A stretch of DNA of 64,000 nucleotides from assembly GCF_009914755.1 (NCBI RefSeq), contig NC_060933.1; one strand, 5' to 3'. The DNA is from the human T2T-CHM13v2.0 reference genome, Homo sapiens. Below are positions 37,741-53,200 of this stretch, in pieces. How positions within the stretch are numbered: the first letter of the stretch is position 1; every line of letters starts with the position of its first letter. Under the pieces are notes generated by a model that was not told where the DNA came from, did not search any database, and saw nothing but the letters and a program-made list of their open reading frames with translations. The position numbers and the translations under genes were made by a program.

Positions 37741-40119
37741 CAACCAAAGAGTGGGGGCAAAGGCTGTTTTCATGGCTGTGGCTATCTTTCTGATACATGC
37801 TAATGCCTCAGTCCCTATTTCATCTTCTCTCAGAGATACATTATTGTTATCTCAGAGATTTTAAATTGTCAATTATCTCTCCCTCTTTACCCCCAGGTTC
37901 CTGACTTGATACCTCTGAAAGATATTGTGAGGGCACTTTCATTATCCACTTCAAAGGCTTCTAATGTTTCCCAAAAACAGGTTACTCTCTTTTTCCAATC
38001 CTGAGTCTCAGCTCTGGAAGCTTCCCCAATGAAGAACTCCACTGAGTGAAAACAACAAAAACCAAATAAGTTCCAGGCTCATGAAACTAATATCTGTATG
38101 TGTGCATTTAAGCTTGTGTGTATGTGTGTGTGTATGTGTTCCACAAAAAACATAAGGCCTATCAGTAACTGACTTGCCTTTTAACACCGGACAAGTGGTT
38201 TTACATCTTTGGTCTCAGACTTCAATCTCTTAAGAATGAGAGGGTTTTCCCCTTACCCTCGAGATTTAGGATGCTTCTGAGTTGTTGAGTGTATTTGCAA
38301 TTGCCCTTTTCTAACCTACCACCTTTGGTTGTCAAATGTTCAAACCAAGTTGGCTGCCAAAAGGAGGTACAGCCAGGTTGAAGAGGTGCATTTTAGGGAA
38401 CTCCAATTTTTGGAGAATTGTAATTTTTTTTTTTTAACGTTTGAAGTCCCGGGCTCAAAGACCTTAGAGAAATTAAAAAGTAAATAAATAAAAAATAAAG
38501 CTAATAAATTAATGTTGGATTCTATTTGGAAATCTTTGTGCTTTCACTTATGATATTCCTCATCTCACTCCATTTCTGGAGATCAAAAGCTCCTATTTTG
38601 GACCAAGGGAAAAAATCATGTTTTAGAAATTGCCACACTTTCCCCACCCTTCTTCAGAATAGGCAGCAGCTTCGGCGTCTTGGATCTTAGCAATTGCATT
38701 CCCTCTTTGTCCCTGAGGTGGTCCATGCGAGGACCCCGGCCATTGTCTGAGGCTCCAACCTTTGTTGGGTTCTTGAGAAAGAGCTGCTAAAGCAGACGTG
38801 GGTCCGGCTTTTAAGTTTTCCCGCCTGGAAAACTCTATTGAGACGTTTTGTGTGGTTACTTGTGGGGGTCAGGCTTCTGATCTGACCCCTCTCATCCCTG
38901 AGTAATTAGGGCATGCAGAACAGCACCTCCTCCCTGGCTAATTGGCTCTCTCAATGAACCTTTCAGAGAGGAAGTTTGTCTCTGACTCACTTGCCCTCCA
39001 CAGCAAACTTCAGGCCCCAAAGCATTCATCTCTGCCTATGTGATGGGATGGAGACTTAGGAAGTGATTAGAACTGGGATCAAACAAGCCCCTGATTGCCC
39101 CATTAGGAATGGGGCCCATTAACTCTTTGAGAGCAGTTTACCACCATGGTGGGAAATTGATTGCAACTGAAGACAATTTCTCAGGCTTGGTGATGCTAAC
39201 ATTTATAACGTACTCCCAGAAAGTATGGTAGTTCATGGCCTCTACCTGGAAGTCAATTTGCATGGTTTAAAAACAGTAATATATAGCTCGATATTAACAC
39301 CTTAAGAAAAGACAGGAAGATGCCAGGGAAAGGAGTAGAAATAGAAAATAGTTCTTCTAATGAGTCATTCCACAGTGGTGGCAGAAATTGGGGTATGAGG
39401 AGGCAACAGGGATTCTGTCTTACGGTTGTCATTATGGTCACATAATGCTCTATGGAGCTTTGTGTAGTTTAATTCAAGAAAGCCATGTGAATGCCCCTAC
39501 ATTGCTCCAGATGTAAGGTCTTCCTCAATACAATCCTTGTAGACTGCCCTCAAGCCAGGCCACTCCATCTGGAAATGGCAACATTACATTTCCTGCTGGA
39601 AAGGGTAAGAATGATTCTTAGCAGGCTCCAGTGCAGACAAATGAGGTCTTGGTTTTGTAGGGCATCTCTTGTTTTTCATGAATGATTTACTACCTACTTT
39701 CCTGGCTGATGCCCAGGTCATTTACAGACTGTAACTGGAATCTTCCCTGACAGGTTATGACTTTTAGGAGTTCGTAAATGGTGACTTGGATTAGCAAGGA
39801 ATACAACACGTTAAAAATACTGACAAACACCAGGCTGTTAACAACTGGGTACTTCAAGGTGGCGAGCAAGGAAAGAGGAGTTAGGGGTTGGAAGAAGAGT
39901 ATTTTCTCCTTTATACAGCTTTGAGTATATGCTTATGGTAATGCAATAAGATTTTGATTTTGAATATTTTTTTAAATACTTAAAAAATATGTTTATATAT
40001 TTTCTATAAAGAGAACATATAAGTTGACTTTTATTTACTCAATCCATCTTGTATCAGAATAAGCATAAGATCTTGTTAACGATAAAAATTCATATTTAAG
40101 AGTCAACTTATATATCTTC

Positions 40120-40310
40120 ATACTAAATCTCACCTCTACCACTTACTAACTGGATAATTTGGGGCAAGTTATTTATTCAATTTTATCAAATACCAAAGAC
40201 CTTCATCTACTAAATGAAGATAATATTAATAAATAATAGGAGTTCACCATGTGGCTTAAAAAAAGACAATGCAAGTATATTGTCCAGCGTGGCACTGAGC
40301 ACTAGGTACT
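40120..40310 (+). mobile_element. MIR
   Basis: ctctaccacttactaactggataatttggggcaagttattt...cttcatctactaaatgaagataata. Confidence 0.8.
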
Positions 40311-42549
40311 GGCTTTGTCAATGAAGCTAACTCCAGTGTTATTATCATGGTTGAGAGAACTGTGTTCCAGGGGAGTGCAGTCAATATCACCCAAGGGGAG
40401 AGACAGTCTCTACTCCAGGGCCCTTGACTCCAAGGTTACTGCTATCTCAGGGTCCCAGGTGGGGCCCTTCTACCTGGTCATGTGGTGGGATGGAGACTTA
40501 GGAAGTGATTAGATCCTCACAGCTATCTCAGGGGTTACACGGAACATGCTTGCTTCATTATTTCCCTTTTATATTGGAAGCAATAAAATAAATATTCTAA
40601 AACTGGTTCAAATAGTCCAGAACTCTCTCCACAGCTGAATCAGGATTAATGCTTTCTCAAAAATCTACTACTTTCATAATTAGAAAAAAATTGACATTTT
40701 TAGGGTGCTATGGATGATCTCCCCATGTAGAATGTGGATATTATGACAATTTTTTTCTTTTCTTTTTTTTTTTTTTTTGCTGTGGGATGTTAACAAGCTG
40801 GACCCACGGGTGGAAGTGATTGGATCTCTTTCTCTTAGACCCACAGCTCCTTAAGGATATAAATTCCTTATCTCTTTACAGTGCCTTTGAATGAGAAATC
40901 ATGACAGTTTAACTGGTAAAAAAATAAATAAATAAAAATAAAGCCTTGAATACAGTGTAGATAATTTTCCCATCTAGATTTTAAATGTTAATGATGAAAC
41001 AATCTTATTCGTTCACAGATCCCTAGCAATGTATGCTGTGCCTGGGACATAGTAGAGACTCAGTAAATACTCGTTGAATGATTCTAGCTAATATTTCAAA
41101 ATCTTCAAAAATGAAAGCATCAAGGAATCACCACCACTTTCTTTGCTGACTGCAAGGCATTTCCCCAGAGGCCAGACTTTCAATCCATTAAGCCTAAGGA
41201 AAAGGAGGGAGGTGATCAGGGAATAGGAACAGAGAGGAGGAGCAGAGGAACACAGGGAGGAGGTGGAGAAAGAAAGAGGAAGGAAGAGAAGAAAGAGAAG
41301 AAAGAAATAAGACGTGTAGTCCTAAATCCTATCTTAAGGATCTGAAAGTGCAGGAAAGGAGCCTAAATGCAAATGAGCCTTGGCATGTGAAAGGAACAAG
41401 ACAAAGGGTCAAGACTTTCTGAAGTAACAATAGAGGTGTTCCTAACATGCTCAGTGAAGTGTGTGACAAAGACTTCTATTCTCAGGCTTTACTATGAGTT
41501 CATGCAGATTTTATACAGTTGCACCTCATCTTCCTGGTTTTCTTTCTTCACAAACACAATGCACACCCATACACACACACACACACATTTTCATCTTATA
41601 GGCATATACTTTAGATGGGGCAATATCTGCTGAGAACTTTTCTTAAGTTTCATATTCAGGTCCACAGATCAGAGAAAAGATTAGGATGGGTACTTTCATG
41701 GTTTTTCTCCCTGCCACTTAGTAAGGCCCATGCGGTCTGTGGGTTCTTATAAACAGAGTGCTGTGCTAGAAGGCATGCTGGTTGGAGTCAAGAAACCAGA
41801 TTTCCAGTCCTTTGAGTTCTAGCACCAGCAACTTGTGGACCTGGGCCTATTCTTTTTTTTTTTTTTTCTTATAGTCTCAGTTTTGTTCCTGTGAAAGGAA
41901 GAATTCACAATTTTAAAAAATCTTTACAGTTTCTTCTGTTTTGAAAATCTTCTATGTTGTCTCTTTCTATGACAACTTAGGCCCATGACCTGGAAGGAAT
42001 GTGCCCTATGGGCTGGCAGCTGTTATTTATTAAATTATCAGGGTTCATGCTAAGGGCTTAATGTGCAATATTTCATTTAGTACTCACAGCAACCTGCAAG
42101 AGGGCATTGCTTTCCCATTTCACATATGAAGGCCAGAAACTCAGGGAAATGAATTTTCCACCATGTTTCTTTGAGCTACAGCTCATTGAATGGCCCTTCT
42201 TATGACTTAATACGATCTTCACAGGCATGAATTCTAAACAGATACCAGCTGACTGCCTTTCCTTCTTTCAAGTTCTCTACTGTATGGAGCACCCAGCTAC
42301 ATAAATAATAATGAAGTAAAGCCAATGCTTAGTGAGCTATTTGTTGGTTTCCTTTCCTTCCAGAAACTGTCAAATAGGATGCCTATAGGCTGAGAAGTAG
42401 GGAACTTGGTTTTCATTCTCTCTCTTCATAAGCTCATTGTATATTTTTGAAAAAACTTCTTCTTTTGGATTCATGTACCCAAACTGTAAATGGCAGGGGC
42501 CAAGGCATTGATCAGAAGCAATATAGTACATTTCATAAGTGTATACAAA

Positions 42550-42775
42550 GTCTCTGGTGCTGAATTTATATCCTAAGCCCGCCATTTCTGTATGTGTGCC
42601 CTTTGCAAGTTAATTAACCTCACTAAACCTCAGTTACTCTGGCTATAAAATGGGAACAATATAACTTCGTTCCCCACAGGGTTTTTTATGAGTATTCAGT
42701 AAGTTAATGCATGGGAAGAGATTAGCATGGTGCCTAGGGTCTGGTGAAGTACTAATTTCCTATTATCAGTATTCT
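42550..42775 (+). mobile_element. MIR
   Basis: gcaagttaattaacctcactaaacctcagtt...ctataaaatggg...ttagcatggtgcct. Confidence 0.8.
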
Positions 42776-42836
42776 CTTGACGAAGACACTTGTGAATCAT
42801 ATGTATAGACCAGATAATTTCTAAGTACTTTCTTTG

Positions 42837-43491
<655 letters not shown>

Positions 43492-44779
43492 TCATAAACT
43501 GGGGAACGGCATTCCAGGAAGAGGAATCGGAATATATAAAAGATAAAAACTGGAGAGCAAGTTACGCATAAGAAGCAAAAACAGTGCTATATACTTGGAG
43601 CACTGGGCATCAGAGTTTGGAGCGGAGTCAGAAACTCCTACAAGAGTGACGGCTCAGCGAGAAGAGAGAGTGAAAACAGGCATGTGCATAGAGATCCCTA
43701 AATGGCAAGTTCCAGAGGCAAGACTGAATCCTGAGGCACTGGGAACCAGAAGGGAGTTGTGATCAGCTTTACTTGTAAAGTGAGAAACAGTGATGATGTG
43801 TGTATTTGTACAGAGCAGGCACACAGCTAACGAGCTGGTTGGATTTAGATTTGTGTGTTGACATTGCTTTTATTTAGATTGCATATTGATTTGGGGATTA
43901 TTTGGGAGGTTGGCTCCAAATGGAGTGATGAGGTATTCTGGGGGCTCTCCCAAAACCACTTCTTGGCACTGCCACTGGTGGGATTCAGAGAGAAGGAAGA
44001 GAAACTGAACCTTGGGAGGACTGCAAAGAGGCTTCTGTGGTAATCCCTGCAGAGATGCAGTGCGCTGGACTAGGGCAGTGGCCATGGGCTTGTAGAGGGA
44101 CAAGTCCTGATCCATATTGAGGTTGGAAGGATAGACTCTCTAGCCTTGCTGTCAGGCTGGCCTTCACCCTTTGGTTCAGAAACTTGACTGCTACAACATT
44201 TGCCCATCCTAGGGCTGCTCTTCTAGGACTAGCACAACATAGAGAGCAATGAACTCAGCTCCCAGGCCTCTGGGCACAACTGCTTGCAGGAGGAGAACAG
44301 ACATGCAAGGTAGGAGTTTCTCAAACACTCTTCCTTCTCCACCCCTTGATTTCAGGAATGCATAGAGAACCACTGTGGTTTGGATGTGAGACTTGGAGCT
44401 CAGCAGCCAAATGAAGTCAGGCTGTCCGTCTGTTCTAAATTTAACTTCTTAACCACGTTTGGACATAGTACCTTGTCTGAGGTTGTTTTCTACTCAAAAT
44501 GTGTAATGTTAGGGTGTGCCAGGGAGGGATGTGGATGATGACGGCAAAGGGCCTAGGAGAAGAAAATATGAGCAGCTCCTACAGCCAATCTGATTAGCAC
44601 AGAAACTCCTAACTCTATCCTCTACCCCAAAACCTCATTTGGTCAACAATGCCTGACTAGAGACAAGCTGTCTTCTTTAAACAGAATTTAGCAAAATTAC
44701 AATTTTAGACTTTCTGTGTATAGGCATGATTCAGTATTCCTTTTCTTAACTTGCTTTAGAAGCATAAAATTTGGAAAAT

Positions 44780-45020
44780 ATTAATAATTGCTATTTTAGA
44801 CATTTCCCATGTACAAGGTATTGGACGAAGCATTCTCTGTTTGTTATCTCATTTAACCCTCATGATAACCCTATGAACTAAATACTATTATTAGCTTCCT
44901 TCTAATGATGGGAAAAAAATTAGAGCAATTACACAGCTTTGCTGGGGTCTCATAGCTAGCAAGTAAAAGAGTCTAGACTTGAATTCAATATTATACAAAA
45001 CTGAACAGTGCTGCGTACAT
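44780..45020 (-). mobile_element. MIR
   Basis: ttatctcatttaaccctcatgataaccctatga...catagctagcaagt. Confidence 0.8.
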
Positions 45021-45216
45021 TCCTTAGTGCATGAACCACTTGACACAGCCTACTGCCTATACAGAGGTAAGTTATTGTCATCCCTATAGAGAGACTGGGG
45101 GAAGAGACAGAGAAGCTAAATAATTGCAAGTCAAACTGAGTGGAAAAGCACCACATTGGAACCAGAATAAACAGCCAGTGTGCTGTCCACTAAAAAATAA
45201 ACAAAAAAACAAAAAC

Positions 45217-45910
45217 CTTTATACTGAACTACTTACAGTAGTCTCAGTGAAGAAAAGTTGCAAAAATAGAACAGAATTTCCATATATGTTTTACCTAACC
45301 TCCTCTAATATTAACATCTTGCATAACCATAGTGCAAAGATCAGAACGAGGAAATTCACATTGGTACATACTAATAAAGAAACTAAAGACTTTACTGAAA
45401 TTTCACCGGTTTTTCCATTAACGTTCTTTTTGTGTTTCAGGATCCTATACAGGGTTCCATATTACATTTAGTTTTTGTTTCTCCTTAGTTTCCTACAGAC
45501 TCTAGCAGTTCTTCTCTCCTTTTTTGTCTTTCATGATCTTGAGACTTTTGAAGAGTATCAGTAAATTATTTTGTAGAATATCCCTCAATTTGACTAGTGT
45601 TTTCATGTGATTGTAATAAGGCTGTGTATTTTTGGAAAGAATACCACAGAAAAGACATTCTACCATTCCTAGTGCATCAGATTACTGGGTTTATGATGTT
45701 TAAGTGTCTTATTATTAGAGATGTACTCTTGGATCACTTGGTGAAAGTGGTTTCTTCTGTTTTTTTCCGCTATAAAGTTTCAAATCTCCTCCCCATCTCC
45801 ACCATACTGAGCAAATATCTTGGGGGAGATACTTTAAGACTATACACAACCTGTTTCTCTTTTTTTTTCCCTCAAATTGTGCAGCTTTGGCCATTACAAA
45901 CTTTTTAGGT
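45217..45910 (-). mobile_element. L1MB7/8- or L1MC-like 3' fragment
   Basis: gaaaagttgcaaaaatag...taacatcttgcataaccatagt...ttttgtagaatatccctcaatttg...gggagatactttaagactat. Confidence 0.85.
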
Positions 45911-46832
45911 TTTCTTCCATCTATTTTACATCACAATACTCCTCAACTGTCTTTTCATTAATTCCAGCAGAAGCCTCAAATAGAAACAGAGACAATTTCT
46001 TTGTTACTCCTTTTCTGTTATTTTTTACTTTCATCTTTTTTTTTTAATATGAAGTCTTTTAGTTGCAGTTCCAAAATATCTCTTCAATCTCCTGTCATGA
46101 TCTCTTCCCAGTTTGGACTGCATCATTTTTCATCTGAACCACTATGACATGTTGGTCTTGTTTTCCATTTTCATCCTACTAACCCCTTTTCCATAGTGCG
46201 GATGATATAATGTTCTGAAAATATGAAGATCAGACTCCCCTCCTTCAAGGTGCCTGCTTGCTGTCAAGAAGATAATGAGTGTTCCTTTGCCTGACTTGCA
46301 AGACCACCTGTGATTGGCCACAATCAACTTCTTTATTCCCACCTACTGCTCCTTCCTCTGTCTTGTGCTCCTGTCCCTAGGTCTTGATCTTCCCTACAAT
46401 ATGCTATACTGTTTCATTTTTTTATACCCTCATACATGCTATTGATTTTGCTTAGCCTGCCCTTAATCTTGAAGAATAGACTTTAAGTTGACATTAATCA
46501 GTAGTGTTTAGTAATTTAGTTTCCTCAGTTAGTGCTTTCTCTATTAATTTTGTAGATAACTTAATATCCCAGCTCAGAGTTGGTTGCAGTTGATAGGACC
46601 GATGAAGGAGTTCCTCACTTCATAGACATCCACTTACTCAAAGGAGCCTCGATTATTTTCTAAACGTTTTGAGCACCTAATTTACATCTTCTGGAGAAGG
46701 GAGTAGGAGGTTTCATGGAACATTCTAAAGTATTCTATTTGAGTTCCAACCTAGTGGCAGAGCCAGCAGAAGTGTCGACTATGATGGAGGGTAAATAAAT
46801 TAATCTTTTGTGAGTTGATTGCCTCTTCTGGG

Positions 46833-47070
46833 CAACACCATCATCACGGTCATTATTACCTCACCATTATCACCATTGTCTCACCATCACCACCAAGACC
46901 AGAAACTCAACACTCCCACAAACATGATCACCATTATGAGTACAACTTGCATTATCATTATGACTATTGTCACCAGCACCATCAAATCCAGAACCAAAAC
47001 TAAATGACTGGCATGTCACCACTACAATCACTGACAGCACCAGTACCCATCACACCACTAAACCACCAAT
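46833..47070. repeat. degenerate (CAC/CAT)n low-complexity tract
   Basis: Triplet-periodic cac/cat/tat units abutting a minus-strand MIR tail. Confidence 0.8.
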
Positions 47071-48649
47071 AATTAGACTTTATTTAATACCCCACAAGTG
47101 TGCTAAGCTCCTCACATAGGTTGACTAATTTACCTTTCATTCTTAATATGCATATTTTATGAATGAAGAAATGGAAACTGATAAATAAAGCAATTTTCAC
47201 AAGATTACTCAGTTGATAAGTGCTGGTAAAAATAGAAACAATAGATGTAAGTGCTGAGTGAATTTAGATTTCTGCAAATTCAACCCTCATATTATACAAT
47301 TGGAAAGAAACTGAATGCACAAGAGGTGAGGAATGGCCCAAATTACTTCTGACTCTTAAACTAGGACCATGTTAATTGTGCTACATAGATCCATTCTCCC
47401 TTCTGTGCTTTTGTGTTATCACTAGACTATTCCTATTGTACAATTGTTTTTACTTCCTATACATGCATGTATTGAACACAGTAATCAATCAAAAGAAAAT
47501 GAACACAGAAAAAGACATAAACTTTAACAAGTGGTTTTCCTTCTTCCCCAAACTAAACTTGACAATAAGTAAATGTATCTTATTCACTTAATTTAACCCC
47601 ATTAACACTGCATGAATTTAGTATGCTGTCTCACAATGAACATGGAAGCTTCATTTAGTTGCCCAGACCACAGCTCGCCAGCCAAAAAAGAATAATTCTG
47701 AGTCCATGAGTAGGGAGAAAAGGTAGAGTTTTCTGATGTTATGTGAGCAGATGGAGAGGCAATGAAGCAGAGCAGTGAAGAAAGGCAGTGCCAGAGGGCA
47801 GGGGCGGATCCAGAGAGTCCTCTTTAATCTCAGTGGTGGGAAAAGGTTTGGGCTTGAGTGACACGGATTAGTTTCATATTTGAGGGATGAAATGGTTTAT
47901 AGCTTCTGAATCGTTTCCTTCCTCAGGTGAAGCACTGCCAGGTCTATGGGAGGAGGAAACAAAGCTTCCACAAATTGAAACGAGTTTAGAACCAGGGCTT
48001 CCAGAATTGGATGGGGAGTGTGAGTTGGCCACAAAGCCTCTGGCTGGGTCTCTGAGACATTCTTCTGGGCAGGTTATGACACTCTGACAACATCCGACCC
48101 CTCTTCCTTCTGTAAGCTCTAGGCCATGCTTGCCATGTCCTGTACTCAGCCTTTCTAACATGCTTATCCTCTGGACAGTGAAGTCCCAATTGAGGCTAAT
48201 GTCAAGATGCAATTGTCTGCTCTGGCTTCACTGTGGACACATGGTCTACCTTGTAGTGATACTTTATTTTCAGATTCCCATTAGAATATTACTGGGTGTA
48301 GGAGGTAGCAGAAAGGCAGACATGAAGACAGAAGCTAAGACCTGGTTTCAAAACTTATGTGGAATTAAGGAAATGAGAATCTACACACAAGGCCTCATAT
48401 TGATTATGCATCTTGTCAGGAGTTGTAGTTATTCATAGCTTGATCAGCTGCACTTATGACTCTTTGATCTCTGTTTGTACATCCAACTTTAACATCTTTT
48501 CCAGGAAACTTTACTGCTTCCTCATCTTGCCATCACCTATAAAATCCTGCGTCAGTCTTTTGGCTTTCGTCAAACTTAGTACTGAATATTGAATCTGTTA
48601 TTCAGATAGTCAAAAAATATTTTTGTGAATCTGCTATTCCACTAACAGA

Positions 48650-48775
48650 GGAAGGAAGGAAGGAAGGAAGGAAGGAAGGAAGGAAGGAAGGAAGGAAGGA
48701 AAGAAAGAAAGGAGAGGAGAAAAGGAGGGAGAGAGACAGGGAGGGAGAGAAAAAGGGAGGGAGGGAAAAAGGAAG
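48650..48775. repeat. (GGAA)13 microsatellite (48650-48701) plus GA-rich tail
   Basis: Counted directly. Confidence 0.97.
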
Positions 48776-48839
48776 AGTGGGTCATGGTTTGCTGCTCCAA
48801 TGAAATTATAAGCAAAAGGGGAAGGCAGAGGGTAATAAA

Positions 48840-49230
48840 CAATTTCAAAAAATTAGGATGTCCTAAGCACTGTGAAAGAGGAGCACAGAAAGATTTTTAC
48901 TTGTGGACCTTGGTTGGTTGGGGAAGTCAGGATGGAATTTTTTGTGAAGTTACATTTAAACTGAGAGATGAATAATGAGTAGACTTCAGCCAGAATTTTT
49001 TTTTTTTTTTTCAAAAGCTCCTTCTAGGGAGAGAAAAAAATGTGATAAAGCCCAACATTATTGTAATGGAAGAGAACACCAGAGGAACTTCAGCTATGGT
49101 TTTAGGAAATGTCAGAGTGGAAATAGGGGGAATACTGGGAGTTGAGGCAGGACAGGTAAGCAAGGGACAGACTGTGCAAGACTTTACAGGCTGGGTAAAG
49201 AATGTTAGACTCTAATCTAGTGATACAGTT
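48840..49230 (-). mobile_element. L2 fragment
   Basis: gaagttacatttaaactgagagatgaataatgagtaga...gagttgaggcaggacaggtaagcaagggacagac. Confidence 0.65.
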
Positions 49231-50464
49231 GTGTTTATGGATCCAGCATTTAGTAGAACCTTGTACAAAGCAACTTCTCTATAAATGCAAAGTTAAATGT
49301 GCTCTGTGAAGAGTAGTTGATCCAGAAAAATTCACTGAAGTATTGCACTTTGTTCATTTCTCACCCAGCTTGCTCTAAATGTCTTACAGAAAATAGGAAC
49401 TTCACGTTCCTAACTCTTAGTGTTCTCATCTGTTAAATGGAGTACTATGATAGTCACATGAGGTATATACAAAATGCATCTAGCTCCTAATATGTGCTGA
49501 GTAAAAGTTTTTAAACTTTGCCTCCCTTCCTTGCTTTTCAATTTAGATAATCATAGAGCCTGTCTTATCAAGTAATGTATATGTTAGATAAGGAATACAC
49601 ATCAGAAGCTCCACAGACAGAATGTCTAAATTAAATAGCAATATTACAAATAATTATATGCATTCTGTGACCTCTCATTTGCAAAGCATACTGATGTCAG
49701 GAGGCTGAGACTCAGAAAGTTGAAGTGATTCACCTAGTCACTCAGCTGCTTAGTGATAACACTGGGAGAAGAACCGAGGTCCCTTTTCTGTCTAAACCTC
49801 TTCCTCTCTGATCCCTCCCCATCTCTAACTTCTTATCTCCTATCCTTCTCCATCCCTACCATTCATACCAATGCTTAGTTCCCATTTTGCCCCTAAATAT
49901 GTGACCCAAGGTTAGTCATACGAGTGTTTGTGTGTGTGTCTGTGTTTGTGCGTGCCTGTTATGTCTTCTATAAAGTAAGGACAAGAATAATCATTCATGT
50001 ATTCTCTCCATAGACTAAGGTGAACACAGGAAACAAACAAATGAGAGAATAAACTAGACTCTCAGTCCATTGTGAACCCATATGTAGGTATGCTTGTGGA
50101 ATTTGCACTATATAGTCCTAGAGAAAATGGAGACAAGTGGAAGGATGAGAAAGAACACTCATTAAAACCTCAGGGGAACATCAAGTTTTTTCACTTATGT
50201 ATAGAAAAAGAATAAAAGAATAACCTGGAGCCTCAATAGTGGTCTGGATTAAAGTCACACTCCAAATGTTTCAATCCTCAAGGCCTCTTTCAATGTAAAC
50301 TTTTGTCTCTATTGGTTCATAAATTCTGACTTTCTCCATATCCTATTCTTCAGCAAATTATTCTGATTTTTATCCTCTGAATATCTCTCATATCAGTTTT
50401 TCTTCTCTTCATCCATTTGCTGTGGTCATGAGCCAAACTCTTATTACCTTACCTATGTCTCTCC

Positions 50465-52615
<2,151 letters not shown>

Positions 52616-52639
52616 ACCTCTTGTTTTTTCTGTCTTAAT

Positions 52640-53200
52640 TTCATGCTATACTTTGCCAGATGAATCTTTTTATATCCCAGTTCTGGTCAAGTCTCAATCA
52701 AAATTAGTCCATCCTTTCCAAGCAACTATAGAAGAGATTATAAACTCCCAGGTTTGAGATTCCAGGTCCTTCAAACTTCCCATGGTTTGCTCTGCCAAAT
52801 TTATGCCCTGAAATCCTTTACCTGGTCACTTGCACCTGAACCAAATGACTGCCTTTGTTTTCTGTCACTATTCTTTTGAGTTTCCTTTGCTGGAATCCTC
52901 CTTGTTTCCATGCTCAAACTATGCTTGTTTACATCTTCAGCTCAAATGTATGCTCTTCCATGAAGATCCCCAATGATCTCCAACCTCACTGTAAAACATG
53001 GCCCTTCAAATTTTCAGCCAGAAATGTCCTCCAGAGTTTTGGATTCCATTCTCCTTTTCTTTTCTCCTGCAAAATATTGGTTTATTCAATTATTTAAAAC
53101 GTTAATTTGCGGTGGCTATGTTTCATTTCTCACATTATTTCCCAGTGCCTAGCACAGTGCTTCACACACAAGAGCCTAATAAACCTCCTTGGAATAAATT
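52640..53200 (+). mobile_element. L2 fragment (likely host of the L1PB; left part approx. 50330-50460)
   Basis: tcagctcaaatgtatgctcttccatgaagatccc...cccagtgcctagcacagtgc...aataaa. Confidence 0.65.

Noticed and set aside
46815-47007. His/Thr-rich ORFs
   Set aside because: Translation of degenerate (CAC/CAT)n low-complexity DNA
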